Counted from the first letter of the whole stretch, positions 48,877 through 61,740 are shown. The stretch: 62,997 nt of DNA, filler included, from Rhabdomonas costata (GCA_019059605.1; 45 parts of 45 records of this genome joined end to end with filler, not necessarily neighbours in it), one strand, 5' to 3'. Made by a program: numbers and translations. Notes: generated from the sequence alone by a model not told the origin.

Positions 48877-49081
48877 GCATGCACCCTCGCACCTCCACCC
48901 GCTCGGGAAAACCCCCAAGCACTTCACCATTGTTCCACGCTTTTTTGCTTGACCAAAAGGACACAACATACCCACACCACCNNNNNNNNNNNNNNNNNNN
49001 NNNNNNNNNNNNNNNNNNNNNNNNNTTAATTAATTAANNNNNNNNNNNNNNNNNNNNNNNNNNNNNNNNNNNNNNNNNNNN

Positions 49082-50383
49082 CCAGCAGCAGCAGGGTGAG
49101 CCCGCGGAGGAAGATACACTGCACGTCCTCCAGGCGATCGGGGAGAGTCTTGTGGTGCTCCCGCCACCGCAACACCCCCCAAAGCACGGAGACCCCGGCA
49201 TAGGTCAGGAACAGAAAGGAGTACCACACCACACAGCTCCCTGCGAGGACGTGAAGCAAACCACGGCAGACCGCACCAAACTGCAAAGCAGACCATTGCA
49301 CACAGAAGCCCAGCCGAAAAAACCAGTAAAAATACCTTAACGGACGATACCTCATCACTCCACCGGAAGTCTTGAAGACACAATAGCGAGAAAACCTCGT
49401 TTGCCACATCACGTTGGGGACCATCGGAACCTCGCAAGACACGTCCCCACGTAGATTACGAAAGTTCCCACAAAGGTCACTCCTGTACAAGGGCTTGGGG
49501 AACGTGATCGTTTGGCTGGAGCCGGTTCACGAAATGGAGCAGAGGGGAAACGAATGAGCATCCAAATCTCGGGAGTCAGGGATTAAAATCCGATAGCAAA
49601 TTGTTACCCCGTGGTGTAAGTTTGTGAGCATGCCGATCGCCACAAATGCACAAATGCGGCCCGCAGAAATGAGAATGAAGGGGCTCTGAAAAACCGTTTT
49701 AGCAAACAGCGTGGGGGTCCCTGCAGTTAGATTGACTGACTCGCGTCCTTCACATCGGCAATCCTGGCCAACACAGGGTTTTCCAGAGGAGCACATCACT
49801 AAGCTCTTTTCCTAATCATCCTAGTTACTTCCCACCACCGCAAAAAAAAAGCGCTTCGTACTGAGTGAGGGCATGAGGATGTAGTTCTGCTGGAGTATTT
49901 CAGAGTCGAATGAAAACCCCAGCAGGCCCGAACTGGAGCGGGCAGTCCCCACCTCAGCTGCGGTGGCTCCGACGTTCAGAGTAGAACAGTAACTGAGCCA
50001 AACATACAAAATAACAGCAAAATAACAGCTGACATGAATTCCTTTGCCTCAGGCCAGCAACACCCAGCGACGCCTTCGGGGAGGACTCCCAAGCACACCA
50101 GCAAGCCCAAGGAGGCGTATAGCAGGGGCCCCGCTGAGTCCCTTTCGATGGTTATGTTAGGGCCCGCCTGGAACAGCAGGGCGTAGAACGTCAGGTAGTA
50201 GATCACCAAGGGGATGAACGTCCGCCACTGCCCGTGTACCAGCCGCTGCTGAACCCCCAGCAGCAGCAGGGTGAGCCCGCGGAGGAAGATACACTGCACG
50301 TCCTCCAGGCGATCGGGGAGAGTCTTGTGGTGCTCCCGCCACCGCAACACCCCCCAAAGCACGGAGACCCCGGCATAGGTCAG
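49082..50383. repeat. Circularly permuted contig: exact 127-bp terminal direct repeat, 1175-bp unit
   Basis: 49082-49208 is identical to 50257-50383. Confidence 0.95.
49082..50383 (-). CDS. Multi-pass membrane repeat protein; two exons per 1175-bp unit
   Basis: Exon B runs 49240->49082, continues through the junction 50256->50099 (CAG|...|GTGTGC). Exon A is 49889-49862 (CAG|...|GTACGA). Total 345 nt, phases compatible, about four hydrophobic segments. Confidence 0.6.
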
Positions 50384-51263
50384 NNNNNNNNNNNNNNNNN
50401 NNNNNNNNNNNNNNNNNNNNNNNNNNNTTAATTAATTAANNNNNNNNNNNNNNNNNNNNNNNNNNNNNNNNNNNNNNNNNNNNTTTTTGGCCCATGTCAT
50501 CGATTGAGGCCGGGCTAATGTTTAACACCTGCTGGGATTCCCACGTGCGGGGTTGTGCCGCATTATTTTGGAACGTGGGTCCCTAGTTTTTACCTGATCG
50601 GCTGCCTGCTGGAGTACTGCATTCGCCGCTACTACCAAATGGGCTGGTTCATTGTTGCTGCAACTGTGACCTGTACTCCTCTGCCACTTGGGACAGGTTG
50701 CCGCAATTCTGCGGTTCTGCCCTTGTCAATGCAACAGTTGCTACCTATGTTACTGCCTGTGGTGCCACTGGCAGCCACAGTAAAGATATTCGTTCTGATA
50801 TCCCCAGTCCCAAGTTACGCTCACCTATACGTGCATAACCCGCTTCCAGCAACTTGTTGTTGTTGCTTCTGCTGCTGTTGTTGTTGTTGTGCTGGATGTT
50901 CTGTGCAGCTATGGTTTGCTTTGAAATCACACTGACCCTTAACCTCGTACCTCCCTCGGTGAAAACCTTTGCCCCGGCCTCTGATGCCTGCTTTTCTCAC
51001 AGGAGCAGTGATGAAGGCAGCTCGACAGCGCCAGACAGCCCGCGAGACTACAACCCCTTCAGTCGTGCTCGTCGTCGCGGGGGAAGCCACTCCATCGCGT
51101 CCGCCACGGGGCGTATACCATGGTGGCTTCGAGATGAAGGCATGTTACGATTGGTACCTTCATGCTTTGGTGTTCGTCACCCAAAAGTTGAAGCAGGGAG
51201 GATTCGTTTACTGAGGAACGACCGAAAGGCCCCCAGTCCCCACACGGTTGTGTTTCTCTGTAG

Positions 51264-51399
51264 GCATCGCGGCGCAACCGGGGGGCTTGAGGTCCCATCG
51301 AAGATCCTCACTGCCCCCGGTGCCTGTGGAGAAGGTCACCGTGAAGGCAAAGGTTGAGCCCAAGACGTACTTCGCCAATGAGCGCACCTTCTTGCACTG
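51264..51399 (+). CDS. Vacuolar transporter chaperone (VTC, DUF202 domain) exon
   Basis: KVEPKTYFANERTFLHW is the VTC/DUF202 signature; bounded by TAG| and |GTGTGC. Confidence 0.88.
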
Positions 51400-52967
51400 G
51401 TGTGCATTCTTTCGATGCGTTTTTCTTGAAAGAGGGCTGGTCGTTTGGGTCGCACCCTGTTCGGTGCCGTGCTGTAGAAGGAGAAAATGGTATCATGGAA
51501 GGTATTGGTCTTGTAGGGGGGTTAGAAGGTGACACGAAAAGCGAAAAGGCGGCACATGTGCCAAGCTTTGAAAATACCACCATCCCCTCCCCCATTGGAC
51601 GAAATGTCATTTTTAGCCGACTAAATGTTTGATTTCCAAGTCTTTCATTTGATACTTTGACACTTTGCGTTTCACTCTCAAATCTTCAATTCCCGTATCA
51701 CAAAAAACAAACGGAAGGTCATCAGCGAGTCCATGCGCGCGGACACACACACACACACACACACGGACGACAGGCGACGCCCAGGNNNNNNNNNNNNNNN
51801 NNNNNNNNNNNNNNNNNNNNNNNNNNNNNTTAATTAATTAANNNNNNNNNNNNNNNNNNNNNNNNNNNNNNNNNNNNNNNNNNNNGGGTTTTGGGGTAGG
51901 CCTCCCGAAACGCTACGTACGGCAGCCAGGAGGCGCCCCTAAATGCAATTCCACATTAGCTGCATTTGGGTGCTGGCCTTCAGATGGACTGAAAGTCAGG
52001 TGATCCGCACCACCCACGCCCGCCCGGGAGAGGGACATACTCCTCAAGGATGCAGGCTTGACACTGGTCCTTCAGCACCCGCTGATCCTTCTGCAAGGTA
52101 TTCCGTGTCGAAAATAGGGAAACACCTGTAATCGATGTCCACTTACGAATCCGAGCGAAATTGCTGCCGAGCCCCTCGCACACCTATTGACCCACGAGCC
52201 CCACGCGCAAGCACCACCTGCGCGGAGCATTTGTGCGAAGGGGAAAAGAGAAAACAGAGCATGGCTGTGCAGAAAAGGAAATGCCTTTGCCCATATGCGC
52301 TGGAATACCAGTGCAGTTTCCCGCATCATTGCCCATCCCCACACCGGTAAAACGCAGCTGCCGAATTCCACACATCATCTCAGAGAGCCTGAACGGTGCA
52401 CCGTACCATGGAAATTCGCTCGCCCCTCCTATGTCCCCGCGACAGAAAACGCCTTTGGCGACACGATCCTGATCTGGCAACATTGGCTGGGGTACTTTTG
52501 AAGTTGACCCCCCCCCCATCCCCTGCTTCTGTTCTTTGTCTCATACAAGCTTGCACCACCCGCGGCAGCATTTGCGGGAGAACCTTCGGGTGGAGACTAA
52601 ACTCAATAAAAAAAGGTGCAAAACTCGGATGCAGACCCCTCTCCGAGCCTTTCAAAACATGTGTCGGGTAACCTATTTGACCAAAAGACCTACCCTAGGC
52701 CCACTACCATTTCCACGACAAACACAACTCGCCATATGTCGCCCGAAGCTGCCGATCGCGGTGAAGCGGCGCGAGAAACACTATCGACCCGACGAAGTAC
52801 AACCAGAAAAAGGGGGGACTCACCCCCCTTTCATCAGGTCGGAAGGTATAAGTATACTGAGGCCACTCTCGGACCCTCAGAAACACGCCACTCCCTCATA
52901 CACCCGCTGGCGGCGGGTCATGAGGCTGGAGTTGCTCTCTCAAGTCCCCACACTGCTTTTTCCGCGC

Positions 52968-53116
52968 CTAGCACGGAGAGACCAGCAGCGCCTCGGGCCA
53001 GTCCGGTAGGTGGCTGGTGAGCACCCCCAGCATGGCCCCGGTGTGCAGGTCAAAGCGCAGGATCTGGCGCTTGTTCTGGTTCACCACAAACAGCGTGTCA
53101 TCGGTGGTGGTTAACC
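52968..53116 (-). CDS. Terminal exon of a possible beta-propeller protein
   Basis: GLTTTDDTLFVVNQNKRQILRFDLHTG...PEALLVSPC-stop resembles an NHL/SMP-30-type blade. Confidence 0.45.
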
Positions 53117-53549
53117 CTAATAGGAGGAAAGCCAAAGCAAAGGGCAAAGCGCCTTCAGACACAGCACCTGCACATGCACCCGCTNNNNNNNNNNNNNNNN
53201 NNNNNNNNNNNNNNNNNNNNNNNNNNNNTTAATTAATTAANNNNNNNNNNNNNNNNNNNNNNNNNNNNNNNNNNNNNNNNNNNNAACAATGATGAAAGCA
53301 AGGGCGTTGGGCACCGGCACTAGCACTAGGGGAGCCCCGAATCGAAACGAAACGGTTTCACTTCGCCGCAACGCCTAGGTTCCTCTTGTAACAACGTGCA
53401 CGAGATATATGTGATGTAAAATGTGTTTTGCGGTTAAAGCAATTTTTCACCACCACCACCTCGACCAAAAAGTCCTTTGTTTTGGGGCAAGGAGAGAGTA
53501 TTTGTTGAACTGCGTTGGCCCAGCTCGTCGGAAGCAAAGCACTGCATGC

Positions 53550-53678
53550 CTGACATCAGGAGAAGACTGCAGCGTCTGCACGATTCGCACGAGCTCGTCG
53601 GCAACAGGAATAGTGAGACTGTTCAGTCTCTGGGGCTGGTTGAGAGTAATCACCGCGACACTCGGGTCCGTCTTGTCT
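53550..53678 (-). CDS. Enoyl-CoA hydratase/crotonase family exon
   Basis: VAVITLNQPQRLNSLTIPVADELVRIVQTLQSSPDVR matches the crotonase N-terminal motif. Confidence 0.85.
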
Positions 53679-56088
53679 CTGGGAACGAGCCAGCGAAAAC
53701 TTCAGCAATCACGGTCGAGAACATTCTATTCAACAGAAAAGCGCGCCAAAGAAGCGGCGATCAAGATGAACGAAGTGTTTGGAAATTAAGGCATAGTCCA
53801 TACCAAAGTTCATACCATAGCAACGCAAAAATGTTGATAGTGATTACTATCGCCTTTTCTGATGATTTGAGAAACTCGAGTGACCACCACTCTAGAAAGG
53901 TGTTCAATAACACCTTTTTTCTGGCAACCCAAATTGGATGCGCTCTCTATTTAACTTAAATAACCCAGTCCCCTTGTCATGCAATTTCCTGGGAATTTCC
54001 CGGGGCAGAAGCCACGAGCACTGCCCCGCCCACGCCCCCTGACTAATTTTCGAGAATCAAAACTTGATGGGTTGAAAATCTAAAAGAAAATGGTGACGGT
54101 AAAAAGAAGATAGTAAATATAGTAAAAAAAAAAGTTCATAGTAAACACTATCAACTTTTTCTGGTCACCATTGTCTTTTGAAATATGATAAATGTGAACA
54201 CTTCGCCTTAATATCACCAAGGAGGGGGAGACCAAGGCCCGTTCTTCTTTTGACACTATCTCTCACTCCCTGTCTGAAGGTTACCATTGTCCAGACAAAT
54301 TACAAAAAAGAAAAAAGAGATGAAATCAGACTGGTCGGGATTGAAAGGACCAACAGTGGGTCCTTTTTCCTTTGTCGCTTTCATCTTTCGCCCGCTTTTT
54401 TCTTTAACTCCCACCCTCCGGAGGTGGAGCCCAAGCCCGTCCGTGGTGGAGGAGGAGGTGTGTGTGTCCAAAAAATACGCTCGAACTTTTCACACATGTT
54501 GGGTCAAATCATTCTCATGAAAGTCAGTTTAATTCATTCCACCAGGTGGTAGATTCATAGGCATGAACTTACCGCTCCACCAAAACNNNNNNNNNNNNNN
54601 NNNNNNNNNNNNNNNNNNNNNNNNNNNNNNTTAATTAATTAANNNNNNNNNNNNNNNNNNNNNNNNNNNNNNNNNNNNNNNNNNNNCCCAAAGATCCATT
54701 GTGAAAGGGAAGGTGGGGTGGGGGTATGTAGGGAAGGTGAAGTACTACAGTTGTGCACGGTTGGGGAGGGATGTGTGTGGGAATGCGCTAAGACAAAGAT
54801 GTGTGCGTGTGTGTATTTTGGGGGAATGGTTCAGAACAGGGGATTGGGGAAGGGAAAGGCACGAGAAATGACAGCATGAAAACAAGAAAGAATTCTGTGA
54901 AGCAGAGCGTGTTTCCTACTTTTTGTGTTCTCTCACATTTGGGGCCTCTGGGCAACCCTCCAGCAGCCGGGACGAAGCGGGAACATGAAGGAGCAGCCGG
55001 AAAATAACGGCGGTGAATGGTCGGCGGGAGTAAGCGCCAGCGCACAGCCGTTTCTTGTGCTTCGGCTTTAGCCCGCAACGTGTGACAAAACTCTGTGACC
55101 ACTTTTTTCATAGTTACCGGTTTTTCTCATTTTTGGGCTTTTATTGAGGTTGCCTTTGCAAGGTGCTGAAAAGGTGAAAAGGTGCCTTTTCCAAGCAGTC
55201 CGTGGCCCGGATGCAATAGTGAATTGCCTAGCACCCCCCGATATAGATAATGTTGGTGCTAAAATAGCAGGTCACTTGGCTCAACATTGTCTTTTTACCG
55301 GGGGGAGGGGGGCACGGCCAGCTCCAAGAGTTTCACACCCTCGACAGATACGCTTAAGACAAATGGTGGGCAAATGCGAAAAGGGAATTTACTTGGGTCA
55401 GAGTGTATGCGCATAAATACTGAGATCGAGGTTTTGGCACATTTTGCGGGTTTGGTTGGCCTCAGAATCCTTCTAGGGTGCCACTGTCTGAGGAGACAGG
55501 CTACGATGAAATCAACCAAACCCAAGATATTGGCAACAAAGTCCCAGGCACTGAAGCGTCCAACTTCCCCTGTACCAACCACAGCATCCTACAGAAATCA
55601 CCCAACACACAAAGACTGTAGCACGTACTTCAGCAAAACATGAGCACTGAAAAACAGCCAGCTATAAAACAAGCGCATTGCACCCACCACCACGCACTAG
55701 CAGATAGCTGGCCTAAGGCCATGACCATCGGCGAGGTGAGGGAGCAGACCCTCGCCCATTCTGCCGGGACGCAATGCGCACCGGCAAGCGAGCAACCAAG
55801 CTGCACTACTCCGATCCTCATTTGGATTCCAAGCCGATCCGTTACACACCTTCACACACGACCGTTCCCACACCTCCTCCGTCTTCTCCTTCTTCGCAGC
55901 AGCTCCACTCGGCGCTCCACTGCCAATCCCTCACCTCAGGTCCTCCGGAGACAACCCTCCCCCGGCAACCGTTAGCTCCAACACCACANNNNNNNNNNNN
56001 NNNNNNNNNNNNNNNNNNNNNNNNNNNNNNNNTTAATTAATTAANNNNNNNNNNNNNNNNNNNNNNNNNNNNNNNNNNNNNNNNNNNN

Positions 56089-56177
56089 TCGGCCGGTTGC
56101 GGTTCCCTGTGGCGGCTCTTTTGTGCCACTTCTTGCCCCACGCAGCGGAGGTTTTACGAAGGCAGCACCCAGAACGT
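56089..56177 (-). repeat. Dispersed repeat family B, copy 2
   Basis: TCGGCCG..GTTGCG...TGGCGGCTCTTT...CTTCTTGCCCCACGCAGCGGAGG..TTAC...CACCCA.AACGT is colinear with the reverse complement of 5065-5153. Confidence 0.88.
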
Positions 56178-56881
56178 ATCTACCGGGAAGGTGACCTGAC
56201 CACTACTAAAATATTGTGCACAGTAGCGAAAATTGTTACCACTGTTAACCGTTGCCCCCCCCCCCAACGTCAGTTGCACGAACCCATTTGAGAGCAACGA
56301 TTCACACGGTGACCAGAACACTGAGATTTAGTACCTATTACATAAGGGGGGATACGATGTGAGGGCGCGCACAACACCACAATAGTTCAAAGTAACCACT
56401 TCCTACCATCCTGTCAACAGTCAGAGATCAACCTTTAGCTGCAGAAGCGATCCAGACTCATGGTATGAGATTTAAATCACGAAGCCGAAAGACAACAGAC
56501 AACTGTAGCCTTGGCCTAATAATCCCCTTCCACCAATCCTTTCCCTCCCTCCTTCTCTCTCTTTCTCTCTCGATCCCGAAAAGGTGCGGCATGGTACCTT
56601 CAGAACACGGCACTGCACTCGCAGCTCCATCACGTGCCTGGTGGATTCTTGGGGCGAGCTTGTAGGTGGCTCTGAGAAGAGAAACACCCAAAGAGCCCTC
56701 TCATCGCCCACACAGCAGAACCTCGAGCTCACAAGTGGCACAAGTGGCTGGTGCACTCGAAGTGTGGGAAAGGTCCTTCCAAAGTCGGACCCCAAGAAGG
56801 AAGCGAAGGCTAGGGAGAGGGCACGGGCACGGAGTTGGAAATGATGAAACCTGCAGCAGGGGGGCGGCAGGTCCCACGCAC

Positions 56882-57390
56882 AGGCTGGTACCAGATGAAG
56901 ACCCTCAAAGAGGACGCCGCAGGCACGGAAACAGCGGTGACCGTGCTGAGGGCGTTCAGGGAAAGGCTGAAGTGGACCTGCAACCCCCAGGGGATATTAT
57001 GGGAAAGGCAAAATACAGGCCGGCGCAGTAAAGGTTGAAGCAAACTTGTGAAACATAGTGCTCGGCAAAAGCCACACAGGCCCAAAATTAAGTCACCCAA
57101 ACCTTCCATAGAAAAACCTTAAATGACCCCACACACACGCAAACCAACACTATGTTTTGCCAATAACGCAATCCTCGTAGTGGCCACGATGAATAACCAG
57201 CAGCCACTCCCAAACCTCTGCTGAGCCTGTCGCAGAGATCTGGTGGCAAGACAGGGTAAAGTCCAGGGGCTGGGTGAAGGTGTTGGTGATGGTGAAGTAG
57301 CGGTGGGTCACCCTCTCCCCCAAGATGACCTCCCCAAAGCTGATCCGCTTCTGCCGCCGCCTCTGTGAGGCGGACCCTCCGGGGCCTTCG
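56882..57390 (-). CDS. ASH/MSP-like Ig-fold protein, two exons
   Basis: Exons 57390-57216 (ISFGEVILGERVTHRYFTITNTFTQPLDFTL) and 56977-56882 (VHFSLS...SLRVFIWYQP). Confidence 0.55.
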
Positions 57391-57899
57391 NNNNNNNNNN
57401 NNNNNNNNNNNNNNNNNNNNNNNNNNNNNNNNNNTTAATTAATTAANNNNNNNNNNNNNNNNNNNNNNNNNNNNNNNNNNNNNNNNNNNNACAGACGATC
57501 AGCTGAACCAGACACCACTCAAGAAAAGGAATAGCACAAAGAGGAAATGAGGAGGGAATGAGCAAAAGAAACAGCGCAGAACAAGTTGTGGGTTTCCAGG
57601 AAAAACAGCAATCGACGTGCTCGTTCATCTTGGGGGGTCAAAGTGAACACAACACTATGACAGAGAAAAGAAGCAGCTCTCCTTCCGCTTCGTCGACCCT
57701 CTTGCACCTGTAGGCTGGTAAACGCTCCTTAGACTCGAAGTTAAAGTTTACTAATGCGCTTCGTTGGAAGCCGGGAGCTGTCGGTGCAAGGTGGACGGTC
57801 AATGACCCAAAGTATCGGCGAGAAAGCTGATGGACTGCAAAAACTCCTGCAAATGAAGAGTGGAAAAGGGATTCCATTTTAAGCTCAAAGCAGACCACT

Positions 57900-58780
57900 T
57901 CACATAAGGCGGTCAAGGTTATCCTGACCATCCGCGAAGCCTTGCTCCGCGGCCCTCCGGTAAAGCTCTGCTGCCATGGAGAGGTCTTCGTCAACTCCTT
58001 TGCCCTGCTCGAAGCACAGCCCAAGGTTGTTCTGCCCGGAGGCGTCGCCCTGCTCAGCGGCTTCCTGATACAACTCGATCGCCTTGGAGAGGTCTTTGCC
58101 AACCCCCTTGCCGTGCTCATAGCAGCTCCCCAGGTGGCTCAGTGCCTTTGTGTTGCCCTGCTCGGCGGCCTTTCGGTACTGCTCCGCGGCCTTGACCAGG
58201 TTGCTGCAAACCCCGATGCCATGCTCGAAGCAGGTGCCCAAATTGAACTGCGCCATTGAGTACCCTTGTTGGGCGGCCTTTTGAAACAGCTCTACCGCCT
58301 TACAGAGATCTTGGGCAACCCCCTCACCATGCTCATAGCAAAAACCGAGGTGGTTCTGCGCTTGGGCGTTGCCTTGCTCGGCGGCCTTCTGAAAAAGCTC
58401 TACCGCCATGGAGACGTCTTCATCAACCCACTTGCCCGCGAAGTAGAACCACCCTAGACAATACTGTGCCGTCCCGTTGCCCTGCTCCGCAGACTTTTGG
58501 TAGAGCCCAATCGCCTTAGAGAGGTCTTTGGCAACCCCCTGGCCCCACTCATGACACTGACCCAGGCTGAACTGTGCGGAGGCGTTGCCCTGCTCGGCCG
58601 CTTTCTGGAACATCTCTGCTGCCTTGGCGAGGTCCTTGGCAGCTCCCCTGCCGTGGAAATAGCACTCTCCAAGACTGAACTGTGCGGAGGCGTTGCCATT
58701 CTGGGCGGACTGCTGGTACAGCTCTTTCGCCTTGGCAAGATCTTTGGCAATCCCCGCTCCAGTTGCGCAGCACAAACCCA
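57900..58780 (-). CDS. Sel1-like repeat protein (about eight 36-aa repeats), 5' truncated
   Basis: Repeated AQFSLG.CYE.G.GVAKDL.KA.ELFQKAAEQGN units in one open frame. Confidence 0.95.
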
Positions 58781-58792
58781 AGATCGGAAGAG
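58781..58792 (+). other. Untrimmed Illumina adapter
   Basis: AGATCGGAAGAG at the contig end; a partial AGATCGG also lies at 26553-26559. Confidence 0.95.
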
Positions 58793-58931
58793 NNNNNNNN
58801 NNNNNNNNNNNNNNNNNNNNNNNNNNNNNNNNNNNNTTAATTAATTAANNNNNNNNNNNNNNNNNNNNNNNNNNNNNNNNNNNNNNNNNNNNGGTTTTTT
58901 GTTTTGCGAGTAGTTATTCGTGGTGGGTGTG

Positions 58932-60063
58932 ATGGATCGCTATGACACTGCTGGTGGAGTGTTGATTGGCAAAGGCTCCTATGGCAACGTATTCCTTGTT
59001 TCGGATCGGGCAGCTCCCGGTCGCCGCGTGGTGCTGAAGCAGATTCCGCTGGCGGAGCTGAGCCCAAAGGAGGCCGCCTCTGCTCAGCAGGAGGTGGCAT
59101 TAATGAGGCAGCTCAGACACCCCTTTCTCGTGCCCCTGCAGGACAGTTTCGTGACGGACCGCATTCGGGGGTCTGGCACTGCTGCAGGCTCCCCAAAGCC
59201 ATGCCTCTGCCTGATTATGCCCTACTGCGACGATGTGGGCCCCGCCAGGCGTTACCTAGATCCGCGCAAACCGTGACAGCGGCATTGTAACTTTTGGTCT
59301 TGTATGACAATAATTTAGATGAAAATTGACAAAGACCGACTGGTATCAAGCTCCCTTTTGGACTAGTCAAGTGTGAAGCCTGGGGAGGGGGGACTCATAA
59401 CAGGAGGAAAGGTCAAGCCCCAGCAAGCCCCTCAAGACTTGTGATGACATATTGTCGTTGAACCGGTTGAACCTGGGAATGCAGCGTTTGTCAGGCTCCC
59501 TGCTTTTTAAGCGAAGAGCAGAAGTTGGCTCCCTCCCTCTTCATTCATATTCTGGCGTGAGCGGAAATACATGTGGGGTGCCTGGTGGGTCCTTCCTACC
59601 GTGAGGGCGGTGACTTGGCCGCCGCTGTGAATTCCGCGGTGAAAGCCTCAGCGAGCGGGATCAGCGGAGGTCTGGGCGAAGCCCAGGTGCTGCGATGGTT
59701 TGCTGAGATTGTTCTCGCACTGGTATACGTTTTGAAGTAGGGGAGTCCGTTGGCTTTGCTTTGCTGCGTGCCGAGATGACATAGAAGCATGTCACAATCC
59801 TCCATTTCTTTCTGTCGTGTGACAATGGTGTTCCTCTTTGTTGCTTAAGGATTGTGTACATGGAATGCACGTCCTGCACCGCGACATCAAGCTTCAGAAT
59901 CTCTTTCTCACTGCGAACCGGCGGGTGCTGCTCGGGGATTTTGGTACTTTTTCTTGCTTTTTCTTTCTTTCTTTCTTTCTTTCTTTTGCTTTGTTCACTT
60001 CTTTATGACGTCGCGAGCACCTCGATAGGGACTCCGCTTACTATGAGCCCTGAGTGCCTTCAG
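58932..60063 (+). CDS. NEK (NIMA-related) protein kinase, 5' exons
   Basis: IGKGSYG, VVLKQI, QEVALMRQLRHP, LCLIMPYC (58932-~59230); GGDL...QVLRWFAEIVLAL (~59604-59722); HVLHRDIKLQNLFLT...LGDFG (59850-59943); STSIGTPLTMSPE (~60001-60063). Confidence 0.95.
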
Positions 60064-61740
60064 GTTGCATGTCCTCCCCAAAGCCGGTTTTTCCAGTTCA
60101 CGAATAAAATCCATCTTAATCACTGTTCACAGTTCCCTGTCTTGTTTCCTCCTTTTCCCTTTTGCTTTTGCCCGCCCCCCGTGTGCTCCAGCACNNNNNN
60201 NNNNNNNNNNNNNNNNNNNNNNNNNNNNNNNNNNNNNNTTAATTAATTAANNNNNNNNNNNNNNNNNNNNNNNNNNNNNNNNNNNNNNNNNNNNTGTGTG
60301 TTTTCTTTGAGTGGGTGAATCTAGGTGGACTTGATTTGAATGAGATCTGGGCTGCAGTTGCGCCATTGAGACGGGCTGCTGTCTTCTGGGTTGTTTGATC
60401 CATCCACTTGGATTCACCTGAGTAAATCTGAATCCGTTCATGTTGGCGCTTGCTGCTGAGTTTGTGCTGCTGAGCTCCGTCTGTCACAGATTCAAGGGGG
60501 TGGGCAGTGCGTCGGACGGTGTGGGCTCGCCCACAAGTAAATTGCATTCAATGCTACTTTCAATGCTACTTTTTTTTTGGTAATCGCGGGAGGCACTTTT
60601 ATTTGACGAACTTTTTGAAGGATTGTGACCAATCTAGTGCACAACTAAAACCAGTTCCCCTGGAAAACTCCTGGAAACCCAAATGCAGACTGCTTGGGTT
60701 TGAAAAGAGACTCAAATGAAAATATGGGCGCAGTTCAGGTGTTTTGGAATGCCAACGAGCTCGGTGTGCTTGATGGTATACTTTTTCGGAACAAAGAGAT
60801 GTCACGCCATTTTGCAGCGCAGTTTAGATTTCCCACCATCACCTCCTCCTCACCCCCCCCCCAAAAAAAAACTCCTAAAGTGTCCTAAATTTGGACAAAA
60901 AGGCCCAACAAAGTTCATAAGTTCGCCAAATAAAGTGTCCACTGCGATATGTTTCAGTATTCGCAGGCCGTGATTTTTTTCTCTTGTTTAGAATACCCAC
61001 CCGAAGGGCACTGCTTGTGGCTATTAGCAATCCACTGCTTGATTTAGAACGTGCTGGACAGTTTTGAAAATGGATGGTTGGTTCCTTGTGTAAGTTCCTT
61101 CCTTCGTACCTGCTGTCGTTTTTCCCTGTGTCCTTCCCTTGCTGATGCCTTCTTCCACACTTAGTCCCCGGAACTCGTCCTCGCGGCTGAAGGCCATCTG
61201 GCGGGGTCTCCATGCCAAACTCCGGAAGTTCCTCTAACTGAAAGGATAATGGGGAGCTCCCAAGCAACAGCAGCAACCACCACTGAAAAAGATGGAAGAG
61301 AAGGGTAGGAGCTCTCGAGCTGCTCGAGGACTCTCCTGCACAAGTGCGATCGGTGCGATCAACAGAATTCCCCATTCTGAGAAAATGGGGATTTCATGAC
61401 CCTGCACCGATGGAAGGGAGCCCGCACGTTCTTTTTCAGGTGAGGTTCCGCTTCTCTGATCCCCTTCTTTCATGTACTTCTCCCATCTCTCGTAGTGGAG
61501 CTTTTTTCTCTTTTTACCTTGTTTTTCAACAAAACACCCGTCTCTTTAGGATGGAGAGCTTTCCTTTTTTGCTCCTTGCACACACTCTTTTTTCCNNNNN
61601 NNNNNNNNNNNNNNNNNNNNNNNNNNNNNNNNNNNNNNNTTAATTAATTAANNNNNNNNNNNNNNNNNNNNNNNNNNNNNNNNNNNNNNNNNNNNGTGTG
61701 GGTGTGTTTGGGTTGTTGGTGCGTTCCAGAGTTTCCCCAG

